Below, in pieces: positions 20,203-28,768 of a stretch of 55,282 nt of DNA. The stretch is from an uncultured Verrucomicrobiota bacterium (lineage in GTDB: Bacteria > Verrucomicrobiota > Kiritimatiellia > CAIQIC01 > JAGNIJ01), in assembly GCA_964617565.1 (NCBI GenBank), contig CAZTYH010000003.1, forward strand, positions 13,666-68,947, written 5' to 3'. Both the position numbers and the translations under genes were made by a program. The notes under the pieces were generated by a model. That model was not told where the DNA came from, did no database searches, and worked only from the letters and a program-made list of their open reading frames with translations. The first letter of the stretch is position 1, and each line of letters opens with the position of its first letter.

Positions 20203-21504
20203 TTACGGCCGGCCCACGCAATGATAGGTGAAGCCTTTTTCCCGCACTTCGGCCGGATTGAAGATGTTTCGGCCGTCAATGATAACGGGGCAGCGCATCG
20301 CCTTCTTAAGAGCGGCCAAGTCCATGTTCTTGACCTCCGGCCATTCCGTCAGAATCAGCAGCAGGTCCGCATCTTTCGCGCATTCGATCGGGTCCTGGAA
20401 GTATTTCATGTTCGGGAACTGTTCGGCGAATTTTTCCTGCGCTACCGGGTCCCACAGCTTGAGGTGCGCTTTCGCCTCGATCAGTTGGGAAACGAAATAC
20501 AGGGATGGCGCTTCGCGAATGTCGTCCGTGCCGGGCTTGAAGGCGAGACCGAGAATCGAAACCGTCTTGTCCTGGATGACCCACAATTCATGCTGGATCT
20601 TCTGCATCACGTGTTCGCGCTGGGTCTTGTTGACCAGTTGAACCTGCTTGAGCAACTGGAAGTCATAACCCAGTTGGTCCGCGAGGTGCACGAAGGCGTC
20701 CACATCCTTGGGGAAGCAGGACCCGCCGTAGCCGGTGCCGGCGTTCAGGAAGCGCGGCCCGATACGGGAATCGAGGCCCATGCCGTGTGCCACCTGTTCC
20801 ACATCCGCGCCCGCCAATTCGCAAATGCGGCTGACGGCGTTGATATAGGAAATCTTCATCGCGAGAAATGAATTGGAGGCGTGCTTTGTCATTTCGGCGC
20901 TCGCGATATTCATTTCGAGGAGTTTCGCGCCCTTGCCGGTGAGTGGCGCGTACACTTCGCGCAACAGCTTGGCGGCACGTTCGCTTTCGATGCCGACCAC
21001 GATACGATCCGGCGCCATCGCATCCTCGATGGCCGATCCCTCACGCAGGAATTCAGGATTGGAAGCGACATCGAAGGGGACGTCTTCGCGCGAATATTTC
21101 GAGACGGTGCGCTTGAGCTGTTCGGCGGTGTTGACCGGCACCGTGCTTTTCTCGATGAGCAGGCGATAGCTCTTCATGTGCTCGGCCACCTTGCGGCCGA
21201 CCTGTTCGACGTAGGAAAGGTTGGCCTGGCCGCGGTATCCGGGAGGGGTGCCCACGGCAATGAAAATGACTTCGGCGAAGTCCGTTCCTTCTTCGATCGA
21301 AGGGGTGAAGTGCAGGCGGCCCGCGGCGACATTGCGATCAACCATTTCCTGCAGGCCTGGCTCGTAGATGGGCAGCTTGCCGGATTTCAGCGTCTTGATT
21401 TTGCGCTCGTCATTATCCACGCAGAGCACGTCGTGCCCCAATTCCGCAAAACATGTTCCGCTCACCAGTCCGACATATCCGGTTCCAACAATCGTGATCT
21501 TCAT
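20203..21504 (-). CDS. ugd: UDP-glucose 6-dehydrogenase
   Basis: Has MKITIVGTGYVGLVSGTCFAELGH (Rossmann fold) and the catalytic-Cys motif GGSCFPKD. I chose the ATG at 21504, which has a GGAGG Shine-Dalgarno 10 nt upstream. Confidence 0.9.
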   Translation of the reverse strand: MKITIVGTGYVGLVSGTCFAELGHDVLCVDNDERKIKTLKSGKLPIYEPGLQEMVDRNVAAGRLHFTPSIEEGTDFAEVIFIAVGTPPGYRGQANLSYVEQVGRKVAEHMKSYRLLIEKSTVPVNTAEQLKRTVSKYSREDVPFDVASNPEFLREGSAIEDAMAPDRIVVGIESERAAKLLREVYAPLTGKGAKLLEMNIASAEMTKHASNSFLAMKISYINAVSRICELAGADVEQVAHGMGLDSRIGPRFLNAGTGYGGSCFPKDVDAFVHLADQLGYDFQLLKQVQLVNKTQREHVMQKIQHELWVIQDKTVSILGLAFKPGTDDIREAPSLYFVSQLIEAKAHLKLWDPVAQEKFAEQFPNMKYFQDPIECAKDADLLLILTEWPEVKNMDLAALKKAMRCPVIIDGRNIFNPAEVREKGFTYHCVGRP

Positions 21505-21545
21505 CTTCAACAAGCCTCCGCATTATCTTAAGGCACAAAGGTGAA

Positions 21546-21574
21546 ATCCTAGACGCTGATGCGGCTAAAATCAA
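21546..21574 (-). promoter_or_regulatory. sigma70-type promoter candidate for ugd (TTGATT-N17-TAGGAT)
   Basis: On the minus strand TTGATT is the complement of 21569-21574 and TAGGAT is the complement of 21546-21551. The spacer is 17 nt. Confidence 0.35.
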
Positions 21575-21672
21575 CCTGCCGGGCGTCTTTTCACTCTCCC
21601 GACCGCAGCGGACTATACCCTTCGCCCCGCCGGAGCGGTAGCGAAAACTGGTGCAGAGCCGTCATTCCGGGT

Positions 21673-23019
21673 TCAGTCGCCGGGCGCCTCGCTGTCGCCG
21701 CCCAGGTTGTACCAGTTGATTTTGCGGGTCAGGAACATGACCGCGCCGAGAATTACGAACAAGCCGATGCTGCCGAGCAGCAGCGCGTAATCCTCGAGCT
21801 GGAGCAGAACGTAGAGGTATGCGTAGAGGATGGTGAGGATGGATCCCACCAGCAGGGCGACCGACGCTCTTCTGAGAATGCTGACCGCGTAGCCGGTGAC
21901 CAGCAGAATCGTTGCCGCGCTGGCGATCAGGTAGCCGCGGGCGAAAGACAGGTGTTCGGAGATGGACAGCAGGAGCGTGTAGAAAATGATCAGCGCGAGC
22001 CCGATGAGCAGGTATTGAAGCGGGTGCAGGCGCACGCGGATGAGCACTTCGGAAAGGAAGAACGCGAGAAAGGTCAACGCGATGAAGAGCGCGGCGTATT
22101 TCGCCGTGCGTTCCGATTTCTGATAGGCGTCGGTTGGGATGAGCAGGCCGACCCCGAAGGCCGAGTCGTTGATCTTGTAACGGCTGCCGGTCCAGTACTG
22201 AGGATAATTGCGGTTCAGATGCAGCACTTCCCACTGCGCGGTGAAGCCGGAAGCCGCTACGCTGCGGCGGGTGGGCAGGAACGCTCCGTCGAAACTCGGG
22301 CTGTGCCATGTGGAGGCCAGTTCCACAGAAGTTTCTCTTCCCACGGGCACAAAAGACAGTTGCTGGCTGCCGTTGATGTCCAGTTCGGTGGTCATGGCCA
22401 GGGTGCGCGATTTCCGGGAGAGCGCGGCAGGAACGGATACGCCGGATGCCAGCACATCGCTTGCCGCGATGCCGGGCTCCATCGGCCGCTCCGCGCCGTC
22501 CACTTTTGCCGTGATTTCCTGCCGCACGCCTTTCATGTCCGAGATGCCGAGCGCGAGCGCTGCGCGATCCCACTGAACGCGTTTCTCCGGGATATCCAGA
22601 CTCTTCAGGTCGGGCAATGTGAATTCGGCGGCGATGCCGATGCGCGCATTGTAGAGGACGGTCTCATAAATGCCGCGGTAGCGAACTTCGGGAATTATCT
22701 CGCCCGAAACCTTCAGCGAATCCGGCAGGACATGAAGATAACTTGTAACGGTCACCGGCTTGCCTTCCGGACCGGGCAATTCCTGTGTATAGGGAATCAT
22801 CAGCAGCGGGCCCGTCACGACCTGCTGGTAGCCCCACTTGGAGCCGATTTCATTAGCGACTTGAACTTTGCGGTGTTCGCGCTCGCGGATCAGGGAACGG
22901 ACCATGCCGGCAGGAATGAGCAGCACGAGGACAAGGAATCCGATCACGAAGACTTTGAAGGTTGTGGACTCCCGGATGCGTCTTGCCTTCTGTTTGATCG
23001 GCGGCGGTTCGCTGTTCAT
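21673..23019 (-). CDS. creD: Cell envelope integrity inner-membrane protein CreD
   Basis: The N-terminal TM segment and LIREREHR motif, large periplasmic region and C-terminal transmembrane bundle are characteristic of CreD. I trimmed the start to MNSEPPP. Confidence 0.75.
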   Translation of the reverse strand: MNSEPPPIKQKARRIRESTTFKVFVIGFLVLVLLIPAGMVRSLIREREHRKVQVANEIGSKWGYQQVVTGPLLMIPYTQELPGPEGKPVTVTSYLHVLPDSLKVSGEIIPEVRYRGIYETVLYNARIGIAAEFTLPDLKSLDIPEKRVQWDRAALALGISDMKGVRQEITAKVDGAERPMEPGIAASDVLASGVSVPAALSRKSRTLAMTTELDINGSQQLSFVPVGRETSVELASTWHSPSFDGAFLPTRRSVAASGFTAQWEVLHLNRNYPQYWTGSRYKINDSAFGVGLLIPTDAYQKSERTAKYAALFIALTFLAFFLSEVLIRVRLHPLQYLLIGLALIIFYTLLLSISEHLSFARGYLIASAATILLVTGYAVSILRRASVALLVGSILTILYAYLYVLLQLEDYALLLGSIGLFVILGAVMFLTRKINWYNLGGDSEAPGD

Positions 23020-23088
23020 GAATAGCCTCTTTTCAGGGTTAAAGCTTAAGGCGATCGTCAACTATAGACAATAACGTTTAACGGATGT

Positions 23089-23421
23089 TCACGTTGCCCG
23101 ATCGGCCTTTGCGGCAAGGATGAAATCATTCTCGGTCAGGCCATCCACCTTGTGCGTCCATATCTTCACCCGCACTTTCCCCCACGTGAAGCAGATTTCC
23201 GGGTGATGTCCTTCCTGTTCGGCTATTTCTCCGACGCGGTTGACGAAGGCCAGCGCCTCCTTGAAGTCTTTGAATCGAAAATCCTTCTCCAAGTGGTGGT
23301 CTTCAATAATACGCCACTGCCCGCCGAGTTCCCGAGCCTGTTCAGTGATCTGCTCGCTCTTAAGGGGCTTTGCGCCCGCTTCACAGGGCTTGCATTTACG
23401 CGAAACCAGTTTGTCGCTCAT
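23089..23421 (-). CDS. phhB: 4a-hydroxytetrahydrobiopterin dehydratase (PCD/DCoH family)
   Basis: 110 aa with the EQEGHHPE..F.W..V.V.IWTH signature. Confidence 0.85.
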   Translation of the reverse strand: MSDKLVSRKCKPCEAGAKPLKSEQITEQARELGGQWRIIEDHHLEKDFRFKDFKEALAFVNRVGEIAEQEGHHPEICFTWGKVRVKIWTHKVDGLTENDFILAAKADRAT

Positions 23422-23485
23422 GGCTTGCTCCCTTCATCTTTCACCTTACCACCGAAATGCGCCGGTTAAAGGGGGCGTTCGCCAT

Positions 23486-23514
23486 TTGACACGGGGTATG
23501 TCGTGGATTACGGT
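23486..23514 (+). promoter_or_regulatory. sigma70-type promoter candidate for the PKS-methyltransferase pair (TTGACA-N17-TACGGT)
   Basis: TTGACA at 23486-23491, a 17-nt spacer, and TACGGT at 23509-23514. It lies about 60 nt upstream of ATG 23576. Confidence 0.35.
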
Positions 23515-23575
23515 GCGGCTGGGCTTTTCAGGCAAATCCCTTCTTCAGAAGGATTTCAGAGAATGGAAGCATGAT

Positions 23576-24643
23576 ATGGATATCGCGGTGCGTGCGCTGG
23601 CGACCGGTCTTCCTCCCCTCTACGTTACGCAGCAGGAGTCATTCGATTTCTTTCGCGCGCACTTTGAATTGGCGGCTGAGGAGGAGGCTCTTTATCGCCG
23701 GTTGATGATGGACGGACCGATCCGCGGTCGTTTCCTTGGTATGGACAGCACCGAAGAGGCGTTGGAAACAGATCCGGACCATCTCAACGCGCGTTTTTTA
23801 AAGGCCGCGCGGACGATCGGGGCGGACGCGGCGAGGCGCGCCATGGCGGCGGCGGGCTTGCGACCGGATGATGTGGGCGGACTGGCGGTCAACACATGTA
23901 CCGGCTACCTGTGCCCGGGACTTTCATCTTACCTTGCAGGCGATCTCGGATTGCCGGTTGCGATCAAGGCGATAGACCTTGCGGGCATGGGTTGCGGCGG
24001 CGCGCTCCCGAACCTCGAGTGCGCCGCGGGATGGCTTGCTGCGGGATGCGCAAAGCCGGTCCTCAGCGTGGCCGTGGAGATTTGCAGCGCGACGCTGTTC
24101 ATGGGCGATGACCCTGGTCTTATTGTCAGCAATTCGATCTTTGGCGACGGGGCAGCGGCGTGCGTTCTCGATGTGTTTTCAGAAAAATCAAAGCCGGTTC
24201 TGTTTCGATTGCTCGACTTTGAAAGCGCCGTGTTTCCGGAGCACCGCGAACAATTGCGTTATCGCCAGGAAGGGGGACGGCTGCGCAACGTGCTGACGCG
24301 CCGCGTGCCGGCCATCGGCGCAAAGTGCGCCCGCATGGTTTTGGAGCGTTTGCTCGAACGGAACGGGCTCCAACTTGAGACGGTGAAGTGGTGGGCGGTT
24401 CACGCAGGCGGTTCGGCGGTGCTTGACCACCTGGGAGAAGGGCTGGGCCTTGATCGCGAGCGCCTTCGTTTTTCCAGCGAGATTTTTTCGGAACACGGAA
24501 ATATGTCCTCGCCGTCCGTGCTTTTTGCGATGCGTCGCGTGCTGGACGCAGGTCGGCCGTCGCAGGGCGACAGAGGCGTGCTGGTGACATTCGGTGCGGG
24601 TTTTTCGGCCTTTGCAGCTTTGGTGGAGTTCGGAGCGGCATGA
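23576..24643 (+). CDS. Type III polyketide synthase (chalcone/stilbene synthase superfamily)
   Basis: A Cys-His-Asn triad is visible in the expected contexts: NTCTGYLCPG, WAVHAGGSAVLD and HGNMSSPSVLF. Length is 355 aa. The ORF-track start at 23240 would overlap the opposite-strand phhB, so I moved the start to MDIAVRALATG. Confidence 0.85.
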   Translation: MDIAVRALATGLPPLYVTQQESFDFFRAHFELAAEEEALYRRLMMDGPIRGRFLGMDSTEEALETDPDHLNARFLKAARTIGADAARRAMAAAGLRPDDVGGLAVNTCTGYLCPGLSSYLAGDLGLPVAIKAIDLAGMGCGGALPNLECAAGWLAAGCAKPVLSVAVEICSATLFMGDDPGLIVSNSIFGDGAAACVLDVFSEKSKPVLFRLLDFESAVFPEHREQLRYRQEGGRLRNVLTRRVPAIGAKCARMVLERLLERNGLQLETVKWWAVHAGGSAVLDHLGEGLGLDRERLRFSSEIFSEHGNMSSPSVLFAMRRVLDAGRPSQGDRGVLVTFGAGFSAFAALVEFGAA

Positions 24644-25377
24644 ACACAGGCGATCGTCTCAACGTGCGTGAAAACCTGGCCGATCCCGATCGCAAGCGCC
24701 GGTTGAACGAGCGTATCTTCAGCATCATCGCGCCGCACTATGACATGATAAACCGCGGGCTCTCGTTCGGTCGCGACCAGTCTTGGAAACGATATCTCAT
24801 CGCCGCGCTTCCCCAAGTCGCTGCGCCCTGCTGTGTGGACCTTGCATGCGGCACCGGAGATCTCGCCTTCCTCCTCGCAACGCGCTACCCGGAAGGCAAA
24901 ATTGTCGGCCTTGATCTGACCGAGCCGATGCTGGTCCGCGCGCGCAAGGCGAACCGTTTTGAGCACATCGAATTTCGCAGGGGCGACATGGCGGATACAG
25001 GATTGCCGGATGCATCGGTGGATATCGTCACCGGCGGATATGCGTTGCGTAACGCGGCCGATCTTGCAGCGGCGCTGCGCGAGGTCCGGCGCATCCTCAA
25101 GCCCGGCGGCGCGGCCGCATTCCTCGATTTCTCGAAGCCGCCGGACGGATTGCGTCAACGATTGCAGCTTGGCCTGCTCCGCTTCTGGGGCGGTTTTTGG
25201 GGCGTAATGCTTCATGGTGAGGCGGATGTTTATGCATACATAGCCGAAAGCCTGCGCTGCTTCCCGGATCGGATCGAGCTGGGAGAAATGCTGGAGAAGG
25301 AAGGTTTGTCCACCGTTTCCCTGAGGCTGTTTATTGCCGGGATGATCGAATGCCGCGTGACGCGCAAAGTGTCGTGA
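24640..25377 (+). CDS. UbiE/MenG-family SAM-dependent methyltransferase
   Basis: Has APHYDMINRGLSFGRDQSWKRYL (the UbiE/COQ5 signature region) and the SAM motif VDLACGTGD. Its start overlaps the PKS stop in an ATGA. Confidence 0.8.
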   Translation: MNTGDRLNVRENLADPDRKRRLNERIFSIIAPHYDMINRGLSFGRDQSWKRYLIAALPQVAAPCCVDLACGTGDLAFLLATRYPEGKIVGLDLTEPMLVRARKANRFEHIEFRRGDMADTGLPDASVDIVTGGYALRNAADLAAALREVRRILKPGGAAAFLDFSKPPDGLRQRLQLGLLRFWGGFWGVMLHGEADVYAYIAESLRCFPDRIELGEMLEKEGLSTVSLRLFIAGMIECRVTRKVS

Positions 25378-25405
25378 TGCCTTGTACCGCGGTGGCCGGA
25401 AGCCA

Positions 25406-25434
25406 TTGCGTCGGAAGATGTTCGCTTCTATAAT
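25406..25434 (+). promoter_or_regulatory. sigma70-type promoter candidate (TTGCGT-N17-TATAAT)
   Basis: A consensus -10 TATAAT lies at 25429-25434 and TTGCGT at 25406-25411, with a 17-nt spacer. An AAGGAG Shine-Dalgarno and ATG 25454 follow. Confidence 0.45.
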
Positions 25435-25453
25435 ATGAAGAAAGGAGACGCGC

Positions 25454-27118
25454 ATGTTCCGTTCAACTCATTTACATGGTGCGCACACATGGGCGTTCCT
25501 CTTTTTTCTGGCGCAGGCCATGGTCGGCTGCGCGGGTCCATCCGGTTCGAAGCAGGGCTCAGACCCCCAAATTCTGGGCATTGAGCGCAGGGCAGGCGGA
25601 GCGATTGTTGTTGAGTGGGCAGGGGAGACGGGGAAGGTCTATTCGGTCAATACCGCTCATGTGCTTGGGCACAATGAGCTTTTCTATCCGTTGAGGACCA
25701 GCGGATCCGATGTGGAAAGCGTTCTGTCCATAACCAACATGGCGGACCCGTCGGGGGTCCGTTTTTATCGGGTCGAGGAAAAGAGTTCCGTCGGCGCGGC
25801 GCTGGTGTTGAGCGATGTTCATCTGAATCCGTTTGCGTCAACGAACGTCGCGACGCAACTTGTGGCGCGAAGCTACACGAAATGGCGCGAGGTGCTCGCG
25901 CCGCTGACGAACGAAGCCTTCTTTGCGAAGAGCGAATGGGGGGAGTCGGTCACGAGCTACAAGCTGTTCGATTCCGCGCTTAACAACGCGCAGGCGGTTG
26001 TGCCGGAACCGGACATGATTCTTTATCTCGGCGACTTTCCGGTGCACAACTTCCGCGACCTGTTTATCGCTTATACGGGAGATGCCACGGACGAGGGATT
26101 CGAGCATTTTGCTTACAAGCTCATCGGTTTTGTCGGCGACGAGGTGGCGCGCCGATTCCCGGGCACGCCGGTGTTTGCCGTTCTCGGTAATAACGACAGC
26201 TATGACGAAGACTATCAACAGACGCCCGAAGGACTTTTCTTCACGGATATGGCAGGGCTTTTCTTCACAAACGGCCTGTCGAACGCCACGAGCTTCGCGG
26301 CTTTTGCACCGAATTTTCAAAAGAGCGGCTATTACTCCGTTGCGCTCGGTACGGGCGCGCAGGCCATTGCGTTGTGCGCGAATTTTCTTTCGGTGCTGTA
26401 CACCAACCCCTCCGGCTTCATCGCGTATGATCCGGCGACAAATCAGATTCAATTTCTCGATCAGGAGTTGACGGTGTGCGGTGCCGAGGGCAAGGGGGCG
26501 TGGGTCCTTGTGCACATCCTGCCCGGAGTGGATGCGTATGCGACGTACCAGAGCTGGAAGGGACAGGGCGATCTCACCAATGTGGTCGAGATGTGGAAGG
26601 ACGAGTATCTCGGACAATTCATGCAGGTGATTGCGCGCCACAGCAACATCGTCCGGCAGGTATTCACGGGGCATACGCATATGCGCGAGTTCCGGCTTGT
26701 GAGCGATCCGCTTTCTTCCAACGTCGTGGCTGCCGTGCATGTGGCGCCCGGCATTGATTACACCCACGGAAACAATCCCGCGTTCCAAGTGCTGACTTTT
26801 GATCGGGGCACATTTGAGGTTCGCGGCGCGGTGACCTACGCGCTTTCGCGCGACAAATACACCGGTGCCACCGGCCCCGCACTGTGGGATGAAGTGTTCA
26901 GCTACAATCCTTCCTTTGGCATTCATTCCTTCGCGTGGCCGGTGATGGAAGGTGTTTATGAAGAGCTGACAAACAATGCTGCGGCCTGCGAAGTTTATCG
27001 CGCGATCTATGAAACGGGCAGGGGGCATGGAGCGATCAACTCAAACAACTGGCCCGTGTATTCCACCGCGATCCGGTGGATGACCGTTCAGCAGTTCATG
27101 GACCACTTTGAGCCCTGA
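25454..27118 (+). CDS. Lipoprotein metallophosphoesterase (acid-sphingomyelinase-like/calcineurin-like) with an N-terminal beta-sandwich module
   Basis: Lipobox is AMVGC. Metallophosphoesterase motifs are SDVHLNP, GDFPVHN, GNNDSY and GHTH. The N-terminal ~70-aa module ends in VRFYRV. Confidence 0.75.
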   Translation: MFRSTHLHGAHTWAFLFFLAQAMVGCAGPSGSKQGSDPQILGIERRAGGAIVVEWAGETGKVYSVNTAHVLGHNELFYPLRTSGSDVESVLSITNMADPSGVRFYRVEEKSSVGAALVLSDVHLNPFASTNVATQLVARSYTKWREVLAPLTNEAFFAKSEWGESVTSYKLFDSALNNAQAVVPEPDMILYLGDFPVHNFRDLFIAYTGDATDEGFEHFAYKLIGFVGDEVARRFPGTPVFAVLGNNDSYDEDYQQTPEGLFFTDMAGLFFTNGLSNATSFAAFAPNFQKSGYYSVALGTGAQAIALCANFLSVLYTNPSGFIAYDPATNQIQFLDQELTVCGAEGKGAWVLVHILPGVDAYATYQSWKGQGDLTNVVEMWKDEYLGQFMQVIARHSNIVRQVFTGHTHMREFRLVSDPLSSNVVAAVHVAPGIDYTHGNNPAFQVLTFDRGTFEVRGAVTYALSRDKYTGATGPALWDEVFSYNPSFGIHSFAWPVMEGVYEELTNNAAACEVYRAIYETGRGHGAINSNNWPVYSTAIRWMTVQQFMDHFEP

Positions 27119-27127
27119 TGTGCAGGG

Positions 27128-28663
27128 TCACGGAATGGCGATCAGGTAGAAAGCGCCTTCAATATCGTCAACGTCATCGAGAAAGATGTTTATCGGTGGC
27201 GTGGCTGTGATGACGGCGGAACGCGGCGTGAAGGTGTCGAGCATGTTTGTTGTGCGATAGACCTGATACTGCTTTCCGTGGACGCTGCTCCAACGAATGG
27301 AAAAAATCCCGTCGTTTTGCTCTTCGTCCGGCCGGAATACCTGGAACACATCCGTGGGGTCCAGGGGGTCCGTGCCCGCCAGAAATTCGTCGAGATTGCT
27401 CGCGCCATCCTCGTCTTCATCGTCAACCGCGTCCGCGGGATTGTTCGTGGAAAAGCCGTTGTACAATTCCCATGCGTCGGGCATTCCGTCCTCGTCCGTG
27501 TCCGCGAGCGTTTCCACGATCCTGAGAATACGTCCGCCCCAGTAATCATTGACGTAAAGTGTGCCGTCTTCGTCTTGTCCAAACGTAGTGATGCTGAACG
27601 GCGCGTCGAGCAGCAACGATGAGACCCAATTGGTGTTTTCGTCGCGGCGCAAGCCCCAGATACGGCCATTGCAGTAATCGGAGAAGAAATAAACTCCATA
27701 CATGAATGACCATGGAATTTGTCGCGAAACTTCGCCGCCGGTTATTGAACATCCTTGGCCGTGGTCATAGACATGAACCGGAAGGGTCAAGTCGTTTGTT
27801 ACACACGGATCGAGGCCGGTGCATTGGTTGCCTTCCATGATGCGCCACCCATAGTTCTCGCCGCCCGTGCCGTCGCCCGGCTGGTAGTTGACTTCCTCCC
27901 ATGCGGACTGTCCGACATCCGCGATGTAAAGATCGCCGTTCAGCGAATCGAATGCGAAGCGCCACGGATTTCTCAGTCCGAGCGCCCATATTTCTTCGCG
28001 CCAGCCGGGTTGGCCGAAGAACGGATTGCTTGCCGGAATGAAGTAGTTGGTTCCGTTCGGCGGTTCGACGCCGATCCGCAGTATTTTGCCCAGGAGGTTG
28101 GTTTGATTTTGTGCGCGGTCGCCCGGATCGTTTCCGGATCCGCCGTCCCCCATACCTATATAAAGAAATCCGTCCAGCGGGCTGAATGCGATTTGTCCGC
28201 CGTTATGATTGGCGAAAGGTTGTGGCACGGTGAGAAGAATTTCCTCGCTGCCGGGCGGCGCGACATTCGGGGTGTTCGTGTCCACGGTGAATCGCGACAC
28301 GATGGACGCGCCGTCGCTATGACGGGTGTAGGATGCATAAAAGCGGCCGTGCGCGGAAAAGTTGGTTGGAAAAGCCAGCGCGAAAAAGCCGCGCTCACCG
28401 CCGTTGGTGCTGACTCGATCCGAGATGTTCAGAAAAGGGACAGGCAGGACGGACCCGCCTTGGACAATGCTGACCACTCCGGTCTGCTGGACGACAAAGG
28501 TGCGGCCGCTTCCGTCTCCTGCATGTGTGATGTGCGTGACGCGGTCGAAGCCTGTAGCCATGGGTTCGAGGGAGATTGCAGGCCAATGAACGGCGAGTGC
28601 GCTGCTGCATGCGAGCAACCCCATGAAGAGGAATGCGAGGACCGGATTGGGGCGCGCTCTCAT
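27128..28663 (-). CDS. PQQ-dependent (soluble) sugar dehydrogenase beta-propeller fused to a TSP3 acidic repeat and a C-terminal beta-sandwich
   Basis: A signal peptide is present. GSDH-like motifs are RGFFALAF, NHNGGQIAF, GMGDGGSGNDP and LLGKILRI. The C-terminus has DTDEDGMPDAWE...DEDEDGASNLDEFLAGTDPLDP followed by a ~70-aa module. Confidence 0.75.
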   Translation of the reverse strand: MRARPNPVLAFLFMGLLACSSALAVHWPAISLEPMATGFDRVTHITHAGDGSGRTFVVQQTGVVSIVQGGSVLPVPFLNISDRVSTNGGERGFFALAFPTNFSAHGRFYASYTRHSDGASIVSRFTVDTNTPNVAPPGSEEILLTVPQPFANHNGGQIAFSPLDGFLYIGMGDGGSGNDPGDRAQNQTNLLGKILRIGVEPPNGTNYFIPASNPFFGQPGWREEIWALGLRNPWRFAFDSLNGDLYIADVGQSAWEEVNYQPGDGTGGENYGWRIMEGNQCTGLDPCVTNDLTLPVHVYDHGQGCSITGGEVSRQIPWSFMYGVYFFSDYCNGRIWGLRRDENTNWVSSLLLDAPFSITTFGQDEDGTLYVNDYWGGRILRIVETLADTDEDGMPDAWELYNGFSTNNPADAVDDEDEDGASNLDEFLAGTDPLDPTDVFQVFRPDEEQNDGIFSIRWSSVHGKQYQVYRTTNMLDTFTPRSAVITATPPINIFLDDVDDIEGAFYLIAIP

Positions 28664-28768
28664 AAGTCAATATACGACAACCCTCAGGCGGAGCAAGTTG
28701 CCCAAGAGTTGGCTTGGATGGGAGCGAAGCAATTGATAAAGTAGCGGGGAATCTCGGAGGGAGACACT

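Noticed and set aside
23089-23421. Orphan PCD (phhB) gene as a clue to a novel pterin-dependent system.
   Set aside because: No aromatic amino acid hydroxylase or pterin gene is adjacent, and stand-alone PCD/DCoH genes are common in bacteria. The sequence gives nothing to build a hypothesis on.
23240-23575. 5' extension of the type III PKS ORF.
   Set aside because: The extension overlaps the opposite-strand phhB gene and the intergenic promoter candidate. Homology to type III PKSs begins at MDIAVRALATG (23576).
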